From: a virus
Virus record (IMG/VR): IMGVR_UViG_3300026521_000527
Span: 64,001-128,000 of that record
Direction: 5' to 3' (one strand)
DNA length: 64,000 nucleotides
Position numbers and translations under genes: made by a program. Numbering within the stretch: position 1 is the stretch's first letter; each line of letters begins with the position of its first letter. This document shows, one piece after another, positions 1-9,570 of the stretch. Under the pieces are notes generated by a model that was given only the letters and a program-made list of their open reading frames with translations, did no database searches and was not told where the DNA came from.

Positions 1-1343
1 TTTATAACATTGAGAATTACACCCTTCAATGGGAAGAAACCATTTTCCGAACGTCCTATTCTAGATATAATTGAAGTAATTGCAGTATCTCCTTCAGCTA
101 TGAATAATCTCTTTGGGTCATCAGTCGCTGGCCAGAATTTTTCAGGGAGATCTTGTTGCTTCGTCGCTTTCTTTAACGCTTTGCTTTCTTCAACAAGCAT
201 CTTTGCTTTATATAAATCAGTAATTGGATCAATGATATTTTTATTTTTATAGACTCTGTTGATAAATAACAGGAACTTCTTTTTAATTTCTGGAGAATTG
301 AAATCAAGATATCCTGTTATCTCAGCCTGGGTGTTCGTGAGGAATTCTTTCGTCTGTCCATCAAATTTAGCCCCAGGAAAATTCCTAAAAAAGATTACAC
401 AAGACAATTTATTTTTTATGTCACCTGGCTTAATAGACTTAAATTTTCTAACTAGTTTTTCACGGAGAGCACCAGTTAATTGACGCACAAGAAATTCTAC
501 ATGATTTCCACCTTTTTCTAACCATAAGCTATTAACATATGAATGAAATCTAAAATCGTTTGAGTCATTTGGAACACAAGCCATAAAGAAATCATCAGTG
601 CTAAAAATTTCAAAAGTTTCATTAAATAATCCTATAAATTTTTTAGGATCGTATTTTACAACTCTATTATTAAATTTAAATCTAATCTCGGGATAGAGAA
701 CACTGAGATTTATTATTCTTTGGTGTATTAGTGAAGTATGTAAATCGTCTATTTCTTTAAGCCCAAACCGTTCTAAATCCGGTTCGAAAAGAACTGCAGT
801 TCCTTGTGTCTCAGTCTTGAGTTCAGTAATTGATGTTGAACTTAAGTTATCTTTGAACTCAACACGAAGTCTTTTTTCACCATCATCTGTTACACCAATA
901 AATTTTTTACTGAATACAGTAGTTGCAAAAGATCCAATACCATTCATCCCAGCGGAGACTCTTTTATCATCATCTTCGAAATTTGAACCAGCTCTTGCTT
1001 GTCCCCAAGCTATTTCTGGAAGCCAATGACCACCTTCTTTTTTAACAGGGATCCCGTAACCATTATCTTGGACTTTAACTCTTTTTGGGGTTATATTGAT
1101 ATTAATTTCATTTGCAAATTTGAAGTTACTTTTTATGGCAACATCTATACTATTATCAATAATCTCATTAATAATCTTTACAAGGCCGGGAATGTATAAA
1201 TATTCTGTCCATTGAAAACAGGAACCTTTTAATAAAAAGGATTCCTGTTTAACTGTCTGCAAACTACCAATTATATTATGTCCTCTTATTAATAGCCAAT
1301 CTCTATCCGAGAGAACTTTTATATCATTTGAATTTTTACTCAT
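1..1343 (-). CDS. Type IIA DNA topoisomerase large (ATPase+TOPRIM) subunit, T4 gp39/gp60- or GyrB-like; 3' end runs off the window
   Basis: Not in the ORF track because there is no stop in the window. Manual translation from the ATG at 1343 gives MSKNSNDIKVLSDRDWLLIRGHNIIGS, VQDNGYGIPV, AWGQARAGSNFEDD, SAGMNGIGSFATTVFS (GHKL ATPase motifs) and LFIAEGDTA...FPLKGVILNV (TOPRIM). Confidence 0.93.
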   Translation of the reverse strand, partial: MSKNSNDIKVLSDRDWLLIRGHNIIGSLQTVKQESFLLKGSCFQWTEYLYIPGLVKIINEIIDNSIDVAIKSNFKFANEININITPKRVKVQDNGYGIPVKKEGGHWLPEIAWGQARAGSNFEDDDKRVSAGMNGIGSFATTVFSKKFIGVTDDGEKRLRVEFKDNLSSTSITELKTETQGTAVLFEPDLERFGLKEIDDLHTSLIHQRIINLSVLYPEIRFKFNNRVVKYDPKKFIGLFNETFEIFSTDDFFMACVPNDSNDFRFHSYVNSLWLEKGGNHVEFLVRQLTGALREKLVRKFKSIKPGDIKNKLSCVIFFRNFPGAKFDGQTKEFLTNTQAEITGYLDFNSPEIKKKFLLFINRVYKNKNIIDPITDLYKAKMLVEESKALKKATKQQDLPEKFWPATDDPKRLFIAEGDTAITSIISRIGRSENGFFPLKGVILNVI

Positions 1344-1361
1344 TCTTATCCCTTAAATTAT

Positions 1362-2885
1362 TTAAAGTCCATTGAAAATATCGTCTATTTCTTTTAAAAC
1401 AGTTACACCGTATTCTTTATTTAGGGTTTCTTTAATCTCAATGCGTTTTATTTTTTTTGGTGTCCAATTTAAAATCTTCTCGAAAGCATTTATAATAGAA
1501 ATAATGCCATGAGTATCATCAAATTCATAACCTCTATTTAAATATTTGGTGAGTCTGTATTTTAAAACTCTAGGAATTCTCCGCAATGCTACACTATTTG
1601 AAATTTGATTTAATAAATTATTTATTTTTTTATGAACCAGTTCTTCAGTTAGATCTTTAAATTCTGGATCTTTAAGATATTTTTCATTAAGTCTAAAAAT
1701 AGTTTTAACATCGGATACATATTTTAGAATGAATAATAAGTTACTCATGGTATTATACGATAGAGTTATTTTATTATAATCAAATTCCTCGTACGATTTT
1801 ATAAGCTCCTCAAATATTTTCTCACCACTTACTGAAGGTTGTGTTCTTAATGAAGAAAAATTATCTTTTGATCGAAAGATTTCAATCAGTTTTGGAGTAT
1901 TTAATGACGAATTTATCACGGATGATTTTATAAGCTTATTCATCAAATCATAATTATGAATTACTATAACCTCATTATATCTTCTTTCAAGAGCATCATC
2001 TTCCGAAGAAAGCCTATCAATGGATTCCAATGTTCTTGTATTTTTAAAGTATAAAAAACCTTTCAGAAAAAGAGCATTTACATGTGAAATATTTTTCGTT
2101 TTTGGATTATATACTAACCCGGCACCAAAAAAATCAAAATCAAGCATTATTTTTAAAATATGACTTGCTTTTTGAACTTGATTGATTTCATGCTGAGTAA
2201 AACTATAAAAATCACCAGATTCATTAATCATTGTGGTTATTATATTTAATTTAAAAAATAACGTCTGGATCATAAAAACACCCATAGAAAAAAGGTTGTT
2301 TGAAGAACTTCCCTCTTCATATAAATTATTCAAAGGATTTTGGGTAATTTTCATTCCGGGCTCTTCAAAACCATTATCGAAATTATCTGTCAATCCTAAA
2401 AGACAATCTGCTTTATTTTCTTTAAAATAACTTGATTCTTGAAATACTCTAGAATGATTTTTTAAATATCTTTCTATTAAATATCTCATCAGGTCGTGCT
2501 GGAAAATCATCTTTAAATTAAGAGGAGTTTCGCTTGTAAAAATATCTATATCTGGTGCAAAATCAACAAGATTTGCATTTGAATTGGATGCAAATACAAC
2601 TTTTTTTAGGCTATCAATATCATATAATTTATTGGTCTTTTTCATCCAAACTGAACCACCCACAATTAAACTTCGATTATATGAATTAAGAAAATTATAT
2701 AAAGTAGTATACCTTGATTTATATAATTTTGGAACAGTATCAATATCAAGAATAAACATCTTCGAAAAATTTTCCAGAGGATCTTGATAAAATTCTTCAG
2801 TTACTTCATCAAGTAATATATCTTGTCCCGTCTCGAGAGTAGCATCTACATCAGTTAAATTAACCATTTTTAATTTCTCCATCAT
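1362..2885 (-). CDS. Putative Pol-beta-superfamily nucleotidyltransferase
   Basis: GGSV...DID / PDIDIF acidic motifs, LDFDF..GLVY resembling the CCA/polyA-polymerase DFT..AL.Y motif, and a C-terminal RL.KY..RGY motif. Confidence 0.5.
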   Translation of the reverse strand: MMEKLKMVNLTDVDATLETGQDILLDEVTEEFYQDPLENFSKMFILDIDTVPKLYKSRYTTLYNFLNSYNRSLIVGGSVWMKKTNKLYDIDSLKKVVFASNSNANLVDFAPDIDIFTSETPLNLKMIFQHDLMRYLIERYLKNHSRVFQESSYFKENKADCLLGLTDNFDNGFEEPGMKITQNPLNNLYEEGSSSNNLFSMGVFMIQTLFFKLNIITTMINESGDFYSFTQHEINQVQKASHILKIMLDFDFFGAGLVYNPKTKNISHVNALFLKGFLYFKNTRTLESIDRLSSEDDALERRYNEVIVIHNYDLMNKLIKSSVINSSLNTPKLIEIFRSKDNFSSLRTQPSVSGEKIFEELIKSYEEFDYNKITLSYNTMSNLLFILKYVSDVKTIFRLNEKYLKDPEFKDLTEELVHKKINNLLNQISNSVALRRIPRVLKYRLTKYLNRGYEFDDTHGIISIINAFEKILNWTPKKIKRIEIKETLNKEYGVTVLKEIDDIFNGL

Positions 2886-2886
2886 G

Positions 2887-3135
2887 CTATTGAATTGATT
2901 CGTGATCTAATGTTTTTAATTCAGATTCAAGGCCAATTAAAATTTTATTTAATTCATCGACATCTAGAGTTCCGAATAACTCTTGAATCTGGTCTCTGTA
3001 TGGATTTATCTGCTCTTCGAGAATTATTAATTGCTTTTCAATTTGCTTTTTTTCCTCGAGCAATTTATTTAATTCATCTTTATAATGCTGAGCTTTTTGT
3101 CTAAGCTCGGAATCTGATATACTCTGTTGATTCAT
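2887..3135 (-). CDS. Small coiled-coil hypothetical protein
   Basis: 82-aa ORF with heptad pattern; purine-rich RBS (AAAGGAAGG) lies inside the upstream polB fragment. Confidence 0.6.
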   Translation of the reverse strand: MNQQSISDSELRQKAQHYKDELNKLLEEKKQIEKQLIILEEQINPYRDQIQELFGTLDVDELNKILIGLESELKTLDHESIQ

Positions 3136-4396
3136 TATATTTTCCTTCCTTTATATCTTTATCAATTTTTGAAATAATTTCAGTACTAACTACTTGGAAT
3201 AATTTTATTCCGTAAATTTTTCCAGCTGTTGTTATTGAATTACCTATAATTGGTGAAGCAAATTGCCAAGTAATTAAACCATAAATACCATAAAGTGAGT
3301 TCAAAGTAACTTTAATTCCCTGCTGCATTGAATTAAATTGAGCTTCTCTTAGTGCAATAAATATTGGTATTTTTTCATGCGCATTTATTTTTTTATTTAT
3401 TTTATGAACTTCAAATTCAATTGTAGTTAGTGAAAAAAGACGTCCCTCTCTGGATTCAGTATCCTCAATCTCATTCAGGATTTGATTAGCCTGCCTTTCA
3501 CTTAAATATAAACCATTCTCTGGGTTTAAAAAGAACTCTTTAGTTTCTTCTGATAGTTTATTATACGCTGATAAAATAGCACCGAGCATTAGACTTCTGT
3601 TTTTAATTATTTTCCTATCATCTAATCCTATTTTAATTAATTCAACATCAAAAGCTAAATTTTCATCATGAAGATCATAAAGCACGCCATAAGGGTTAAC
3701 TATTTTGCGAGAAAATATTTCCCTCATTTCTTTAAGATTTAATTTTTTAAAACTAACTTTAGTTGAATTAAAATTCAGCATAATATAAATATATTTATTG
3801 CGATATTTTTGATCAAAATCATGATTGAAAAAAACATAATCTATTGTCGTTTGATTATATCCTCTATTTTGCGGGCTAACCCAAGTTACCAATTCAAGAA
3901 TTGGATAAAGATAACTTCTAAGTAAAAAATATGAAGTATCATCTTTAGGTTCAAAAATATCTTCTAGAGTTCCTTGGAACTCTAGAAGTTTTCTCAGAAG
4001 TGCTACATAATAATTTGAAGCAAATTCCAACATATCTGCTTTATTCTGTACTGTTTTTCTAGTAAAAAAATCTTTTAATGAACCTATTATAGCATTTGAA
4101 AATCCGGAACATGCTTGGTCAATAATTTCCGGATTATCCTTTTTCTTAGTAAGAACTGTGGCTATTAAATTTAACGTGCGATCAATAATCGCTGGTTCAT
4201 ATATTCTTGCGAATAAAGTATCATACCCAATATTTTGATGCATTAGACTAATTGGATATAGTGCATTAGCATCATTACTACTAACAACCATATCCGGTTC
4301 CAGTCCATAAATTCCAGGCACTGGTTGCTGAACATAAGCACCCTGCACTTTTAGATGCATCGCGAAATTTTTAATTTCTTCAATGGTAAATGCCAT
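3101..4396 (-). CDS. polB: Family B DNA polymerase, middle fragment (palm motif A + fingers motif B)
   Basis: GAYVQQP..G, DANALYP (DxxSLYP) and KVTLNSLYG (KxxxNSxYG), SITTAG. No YGDTDS and no exonuclease motifs. Confidence 0.9.
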   Translation of the reverse strand: MAFTIEEIKNFAMHLKVQGAYVQQPVPGIYGLEPDMVVSSNDANALYPISLMHQNIGYDTLFARIYEPAIIDRTLNLIATVLTKKKDNPEIIDQACSGFSNAIIGSLKDFFTRKTVQNKADMLEFASNYYVALLRKLLEFQGTLEDIFEPKDDTSYFLLRSYLYPILELVTWVSPQNRGYNQTTIDYVFFNHDFDQKYRNKYIYIMLNFNSTKVSFKKLNLKEMREIFSRKIVNPYGVLYDLHDENLAFDVELIKIGLDDRKIIKNRSLMLGAILSAYNKLSEETKEFFLNPENGLYLSERQANQILNEIEDTESREGRLFSLTTIEFEVHKINKKINAHEKIPIFIALREAQFNSMQQGIKVTLNSLYGIYGLITWQFASPIIGNSITTAGKIYGIKLFQVVSTEIISKIDKDIKEGKYNESTEYIRFRA

Positions 4397-4416
4397 TTTT
4401 AAAAACCGTTTCTATT

Positions 4417-5262
4417 TTAAAGTTTTTTCATATTTAGATAATATTTTCTCAGATTACCAAGTACTGGGGCAATTGATATATCATTTATATCTGTCGGACA
4501 ATCAATTTTATTAATCATCTTATAAAAATTATTCCTGATAAGGACCGCTTGTTTGACAAGAGTTTTTAATTCAGTAAAGTTATACGCTATACCAACTGCT
4601 TTATAGAACTCTCTGGTCTTTCCTGTCATTCTAATAACATCAATTTTAAATTTATTATCTTTGAATGTAATTCTTACATTTTTAATTAACGATTCTGGTT
4701 TACTACCACCAACTATTTTTTCTTTATAGTTCAATGACACTCTTGGGTTTAATTTAATAATGTCTCCCATAATATCTTCACGATATTCTAGTGCATCTTT
4801 TAGAGCCTTTTTAGCTTCAATTCTATTTCCGTATTCGAATTTAAATAATCTTGAATGGTGTACTCCATCTTTATTTCTTAACATCACTGTCCAATTAGCT
4901 GGACTATTCTCGTCTTTAACATATCTTGTTAAATATATCCCTCTGTAATCATTTTCAGTAATATCAATTCCATGATACATTAAAGCAATCTGTGTTGTTC
5001 CTGGTTTTGTCCCTGATCTCTTTAAAAATTTATACCAAAGATAAGCGTATTCCAATGCTTCCTCTGATGTATCAAAATCACAAACTTTGATAGTTTCATT
5101 AAAAGATTTTGAGTTCTTTGTAACTCTAACCAAGATTGTTTTGAATTCTGAGTCGATATATAAACCTCTTATTTTCGAAAGATCAATGCATGTTAAATTC
5201 AGTTCTCTTTGACTCAATGTTTCGATAAAATTTTGAAGATTGCTTTTTGTATAAGATGTCAT
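4417..5262 (-). CDS. Protein with tandem AP2-like DNA-binding repeats
   Basis: Three segments of the form RG(I/L)Y..beta strands..A..A..R (e.g. YRGIYLTR...WTVML...RLFKF...AKKALKDALEYR). No HNH motif seen. Confidence 0.45.
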   Translation of the reverse strand: MTSYTKSNLQNFIETLSQRELNLTCIDLSKIRGLYIDSEFKTILVRVTKNSKSFNETIKVCDFDTSEEALEYAYLWYKFLKRSGTKPGTTQIALMYHGIDITENDYRGIYLTRYVKDENSPANWTVMLRNKDGVHHSRLFKFEYGNRIEAKKALKDALEYREDIMGDIIKLNPRVSLNYKEKIVGGSKPESLIKNVRITFKDNKFKIDVIRMTGKTREFYKAVGIAYNFTELKTLVKQAVLIRNNFYKMINKIDCPTDINDISIAPVLGNLRKYYLNMKKL

Positions 5263-5349
5263 TTTATTTCCTTTTGATAATATATTTTGATGTTTTGGTA
5301 TTCAGCGTATTAAAATTATTAAAATTAATGAGAAAATCTGGGCACAGGA

Positions 5350-5385
5350 AATCGGAGTGGTTGGCTTAAGCCAACCACTCCGATT
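5350..5385. repeat. Perfect 36-bp palindrome downstream of folE, flanked by GGCACAGGAA
   Basis: aatcggagtggttggctt|aagccaaccactccgatt read directly. Confidence 0.95.
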
Positions 5386-5396
5386 ATTTAAATTAT

Positions 5397-6407
5397 TTAA
5401 AGGTCTTTTCTAAACTCTTCATCATTATATAGTCCGCCGTATCTCTCAGATGTAAAACAACCATCTTTTGATTTAGCCCCTCTTATGCTTTCACATGTGT
5501 GGACTATATTATTTAAACGAACATAAACATTTTCTGTTCCAGCTGCCTCAGAAACCTTTTTATAAATTTCTTCAGTAAGTTCTTCTTGCAACCAACCTCT
5601 TTGTCCAACCCAATCAACTATTCTTTGTAATTTACTAATTCCAAGAACGTTATCTTCTGGAACATAAGAAATTATTGCATAAGCATCTTCTCTAAATGTT
5701 GATGAAAAAGGAGCAGCATGATGACTACAAACTGCAGTTAAATCAACACGTTTTGTAATTCTATGTTTGATTTTATTATTATTTGGAAATGTTGCCATTC
5801 TTGGAGGTTTGCTCCATCTCCCACTCATTAACTCTCTATCGTCTGTTGTTGATGCACCACACCACATTTTAGCAATTCTTTGGGCAGTTCCAATATTACC
5901 TGTTTCCAAATCGCTCATTACATTTGGATCACTGAGGTCAATTTTCATAGCTCTGAATGATTCCTCAATAAGTTTACCAGTTTTATATCTCATAATAAAA
6001 TGGGCTTCATCTGTCCATTTATAATCTTGCTCAAATATATTTTCATTTATTTTAAAAATAGGAGCCTGCTTATAAGTCTGCAGAGCTTTTGCAAATCCAA
6101 CCACCGTGTTAAATTTGCGATGATATGCCTCAAGTATCTCAAAGAATTCGATAACTTTAGGGTTCGGACTATCTGTTTCATAAAGTTCAATTACTTGATC
6201 TATGATCGGGTTCCCAAACTCAGTGTAATAACCTCTAGGTAAATATAATGTATAGGAATTATTTTTTTTATCGAACTCAATATTTTCCCAAGGTTTATAA
6301 AAATTATTTAATCTAATTTTTACATTATCAGATGATTCTATATGATCTTGGGTACAGATTCTATTTTCCTGTTTTTCAGGAAAATAGATTATTTCAGTAA
6401 CTTCCAT
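5397..6407 (-). CDS. folE: GTP cyclohydrolase I with ~120-aa N-terminal extension
   Basis: DPN...TAQRIAKMW, CSHHAAPF, GISKLQRIV...LQEELT, HTCESIRG. Confidence 0.92.
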   Translation of the reverse strand: MEVTEIIYFPEKQENRICTQDHIESSDNVKIRLNNFYKPWENIEFDKKNNSYTLYLPRGYYTEFGNPIIDQVIELYETDSPNPKVIEFFEILEAYHRKFNTVVGFAKALQTYKQAPIFKINENIFEQDYKWTDEAHFIMRYKTGKLIEESFRAMKIDLSDPNVMSDLETGNIGTAQRIAKMWCGASTTDDRELMSGRWSKPPRMATFPNNNKIKHRITKRVDLTAVCSHHAAPFSSTFREDAYAIISYVPEDNVLGISKLQRIVDWVGQRGWLQEELTEEIYKKVSEAAGTENVYVRLNNIVHTCESIRGAKSKDGCFTSERYGGLYNDEEFRKDL

Positions 6408-6418
6408 TTAAGTTTCCT

Positions 6419-6853
6419 TTACTCTGCTTCTGTTGCTTCTGTTGCTTCTGTTGCTTCTGTTGCTTCTGTTGCTTCTGTTGCTTCTGTTGCTTCTGTTGCT
6501 TCTGTTGCTTCTGTCGCAGCCATTAAAATTTCAATCACACTTTCAAGAACCTGTTTGCCTTCTTCTTCAGTATACTCATCTGGACCTGCAAAATCAAGTG
6601 TGCTTAGATTCTGGTTGTCGTCAAAATTTAATATAATTTCACAAGGGATTTGTGCATCCATGTGTAGTTTAGAAACAACATTGAATACCATAACATCTTT
6701 ATTATCCCTAGTTTCTTTTTGGGCAGCAATTATATAAACACCAGTTTTTTCCATAGCCTCCATTATTTCAGGATTCTCGATAAAAGGTGCAGACCCATCC
6801 ATTTGATAAGAATCCATCTCTACTTTATTTTCAACATTTTCAACATTTTCCAT
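6419..6853 (-). CDS. Acidic hypothetical protein with (ATE)10 C-terminal tail
   Basis: 144-aa ORF with RBS-like AAAGGA upstream; tail encoded by a 9-bp tandem repeat. Confidence 0.75.
   Translation of the reverse strand: MENVENVENKVEMDSYQMDGSAPFIENPEIMEAMEKTGVYIIAAQKETRDNKDVMVFNVVSKLHMDAQIPCEIILNFDDNQNLSTLDFAGPDEYTEEEGKQVLESVIEILMAATEATEATEATEATEATEATEATEATEATEAE
6426..6515. repeat. Tandem 9-bp repeat (gcttctgtt) x10, in-frame
   Basis: Nine identical units plus one single-mismatch unit. Confidence 0.95.
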
Positions 6854-6864
6854 GATAATTCCTT

Positions 6865-7446
6865 TTAATTTAATTGTGCTTCTGGTGCAGTTAACATGCT
6901 ACCAATACCATGATTTCTATAGAAATCAAAATTCATCGTGCCGATAGCCAACACTTTCTGTACTTGTTCCAAATAACTACAAAAAGTTTCGATCTGAAAT
7001 AAAGACTCAATTTCAAATAATGTTTGATTTCCCTTATGTAAAATATTAAAAACTATTTTATCTTTATTAGGAAATCTAATGTATGCTGGTTTTTGATAAC
7101 CAGCATACTCCTCTAATGTACTCGATCCAATTAATATAAATGATGTATTCGAAGCATTTTCAATTATCTCCTTTCTAAGTTTAATTGACTGAATTAATTT
7201 TATAATATTTGCCAAATCCAATTCTATTGTCGGTTCATCTCTAAGATCCCGAGGAATTATATTTGGTGAAGATTGTTTGGAAAATCTCATGATTAGACGA
7301 CCGACTTCATATTGCAATTTAAAATTAATTATAAATTGACAACCCTCATCTGAATGGAATCCTTCAGTTGATCCATAAACTGGAAAATTACCGAAATGAA
7401 GATTACTTTTAAGAGTAATTTTTTGGGAGGTTTTAGATGAAGACAT
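6865..7446 (-). CDS. Hypothetical protein, possibly Whirly/PC4-like ssDNA-binding fold
   Basis: Two beta-rich-then-helix units (GRLIMRFSKQ...TIELDLANIIKLIQSI; IVFNIL...LFEIESLFQIETFCSYL). Confidence 0.3.
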   Translation of the reverse strand: MSSSKTSQKITLKSNLHFGNFPVYGSTEGFHSDEGCQFIINFKLQYEVGRLIMRFSKQSSPNIIPRDLRDEPTIELDLANIIKLIQSIKLRKEIIENASNTSFILIGSSTLEEYAGYQKPAYIRFPNKDKIVFNILHKGNQTLFEIESLFQIETFCSYLEQVQKVLAIGTMNFDFYRNHGIGSMLTAPEAQLN

Positions 7447-7487
7447 AATTTACTTCTTCATATTATTTAAAATCTTTGTCATTAGAT

Positions 7488-7542
7488 GATGCCTGGCATC
7501 CATAAATGGGTTAATATATACCGGCCAGAGATGGGGTGCCAG
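7488..7542. other. GC-rich intergenic stem-loop with two alternative pairings
   Basis: gatgcc-t-ggcatc local hairpin (7488-7500) competes with ctggcatcc (7493-7501) / gggtgccag (7534-7542). Confidence 0.5.
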
Positions 7543-7564
7543 TACTTTACTTAATTGGATTTTT

Positions 7565-7990
7565 TTAGTCTGATCTTGTTGCATAGAACTCCTTTATAAG
7601 TTTTTTCTGTTTTTCATGTGCAACCGTTATTGCATCTAATACGTCTGGAACATGATCATGATATTTTTGATGACAATGTTTGCAAAGCACTATATAATCA
7701 ACTTCTCTTGCGAAATGTTTTTCCATAACCTCTTCAACAATTTGCAAATCAGTATATTCATATAAATCATCAAGATCAATATGTTTCTGAACGCATGTTT
7801 CAAAAATATCAAAGATTGTTAAAGGATGATGATGGGATTCTGGTTTAACATATTCGAAACTTTCTTTGCAGATAGGACATTCCTTTACTGGATATTTTGT
7901 AATTTTTTGCCAGCTCGCATAACTCATACTACCTCTTGCAATTTTTACTAAGTGTTTAATACATTTTACGAAAGATCTTTCATTAGTCAA
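7565..7990 (-). CDS. HNH-like zinc-binding protein / putative endonuclease
   Basis: CPIC...ESHHHP...IVLCKHCHQKYH pattern. Confidence 0.6.
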   Translation of the reverse strand: MTNERSFVKCIKHLVKIARGSMSYASWQKITKYPVKECPICKESFEYVKPESHHHPLTIFDIFETCVQKHIDLDDLYEYTDLQIVEEVMEKHFAREVDYIVLCKHCHQKYHDHVPDVLDAITVAHEKQKKLIKEFYATRSD

Positions 7991-8025
7991 ATCGTAATTG
8001 TACCAAATATTACTTCCTTTTTTAT

Positions 8026-8877
8026 TTATCCCAAGTATCCTCCTTTTAAATTTATCTCTTTTTTATAAGCACTATTTAATGCGAATTTGAATTTAGTCAA
8101 AGTATTATGATCTGTTGTGATATATTCAATAAATTGATCTCCATCCTCCGAAAGAGACATTATGTAATCATTGTAAATTATTGATCTATTTTTACTAACA
8201 TAAAATTTAAATGAAAATCCTTTTCGGTAGTATCTTTTTTTATTTTCGACATCAATAAAAATAAAAAGAATTTCATTTGTCTTTTTTAGAACTTTTATAT
8301 CAAAAAGAGTTAATTCTAATTCATCAATTATTTCTTGATTTATCTCTTTTAAAAAAGTATTGTCCGATTTGTATTGCTTAAGAAGTTCTTGTTCTTTTAA
8401 ATCCTTTTCTTTTTCAGCAACTTCGAGTGCTTTAGTAACAATTTCTTTTCTATCTTTTGATTTAATATTTATTTTTTTATCAAGTGTTTGGCTTTGGATA
8501 TTTTTAGCCTCATGTATACTTAATGCAGCTTTTGAGTCAATTAACTGACAATCCCTTAACTTATGAAATTCTTCTAACTTATTATCTCGTTGAGGAAAAA
8601 ACTTCCAGGTGTTAAAACGAGAAGCGATTGGATTCCATTTTACCAATAACTGAATAGTTTTTATACTTTCAATTGGATCTGGAATATTAAATAGATCGTT
8701 AAAATATTTGCCGAAAATCCTTGTTAAGTGTGGACTGAACCAGAATTGTTCATGCAAATAAGGTACTATACCATTGAGTCTAGATTTATTAAAAATAAAA
8801 TCTTCTGGTATTTTAGCACCTGAAAAAATTAAGTTATTAACCTGACTAAAAGTAATCTGTTGTGACTTTTGCATCAA
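8026..8877 (-). CDS. Hypothetical protein
   Basis: 283-aa ORF in the operon, no recognised motif. Confidence 0.7.
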   Translation of the reverse strand: MMQKSQQITFSQVNNLIFSGAKIPEDFIFNKSRLNGIVPYLHEQFWFSPHLTRIFGKYFNDLFNIPDPIESIKTIQLLVKWNPIASRFNTWKFFPQRDNKLEEFHKLRDCQLIDSKAALSIHEAKNIQSQTLDKKINIKSKDRKEIVTKALEVAEKEKDLKEQELLKQYKSDNTFLKEINQEIIDELELTLFDIKVLKKTNEILFIFIDVENKKRYYRKGFSFKFYVSKNRSIIYNDYIMSLSEDGDQFIEYITTDHNTLTKFKFALNSAYKKEINLKGGYLG

Positions 8878-8886
8878 TGACCTTTA

Positions 8887-9570
8887 TCAACTACTTCCGT
8901 AGGTATATGATTTATTATATAATTCTTTAAATTTTTTAACCTCTTTGGAGTACGTAAAAAATTTATCCAGATTTACTGTCTTTGTCACTTTATCGAATTC
9001 ATAATGCCCTAAACAATAATCATTAATATATCTCGGCTCAAAATTAAACCCATAAGTTATTGAATCTCCTTGAATTGAAATCTCAGGATGAGTCTCTTTT
9101 AACTCTTTTAACACTTCTACCGGAATTACCCTAAATTTTACTACAACTTTGGTTTCATCATTAAATTTAACGATATCTGGATTTAATAAAATATAATAAT
9201 CTGCTTCAGTTACTGAAAGACCGGATGGTTTTTTCCTTGGGAGATTCCCAATAGAATTATCTTCTTTATATGTCTCAATAAAAATATTCTTAGATACAAA
9301 GCTTGATATTTTAATTTCCAATTTTGTATTATCAGATAATTGAACATCGAACTCTGGTGCAAATCCTAAAGAATAATACTTAGGTTGAATACCATTGTTT
9401 AATAATTGGCAAAATTTCTTCGAGACTAAAGTCTCAAAGAAATAATCCAAGTATTCTTTATCAGATCTTGTCCAATCAGAAAGAGTTCCAATATTTATTT
9501 TTTTATCTTGAGTCCAGTAGAACTCTTTCATTGCGCAAGAACCTTTACATGACTTTTCGGAGTCTCCCAT
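8887..9570 (-). CDS. Putative PD-(D/E)XK nuclease
   Basis: PEFDV...LEIK...NIFIE...PSGL..TEADYY, a restriction-endonuclease-like motif set. Confidence 0.55.
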   Translation of the reverse strand: MGDSEKSCKGSCAMKEFYWTQDKKINIGTLSDWTRSDKEYLDYFFETLVSKKFCQLLNNGIQPKYYSLGFAPEFDVQLSDNTKLEIKISSFVSKNIFIETYKEDNSIGNLPRKKPSGLSVTEADYYILLNPDIVKFNDETKVVVKFRVIPVEVLKELKETHPEISIQGDSITYGFNFEPRYINDYCLGHYEFDKVTKTVNLDKFFTYSKEVKKFKELYNKSYTYGSS

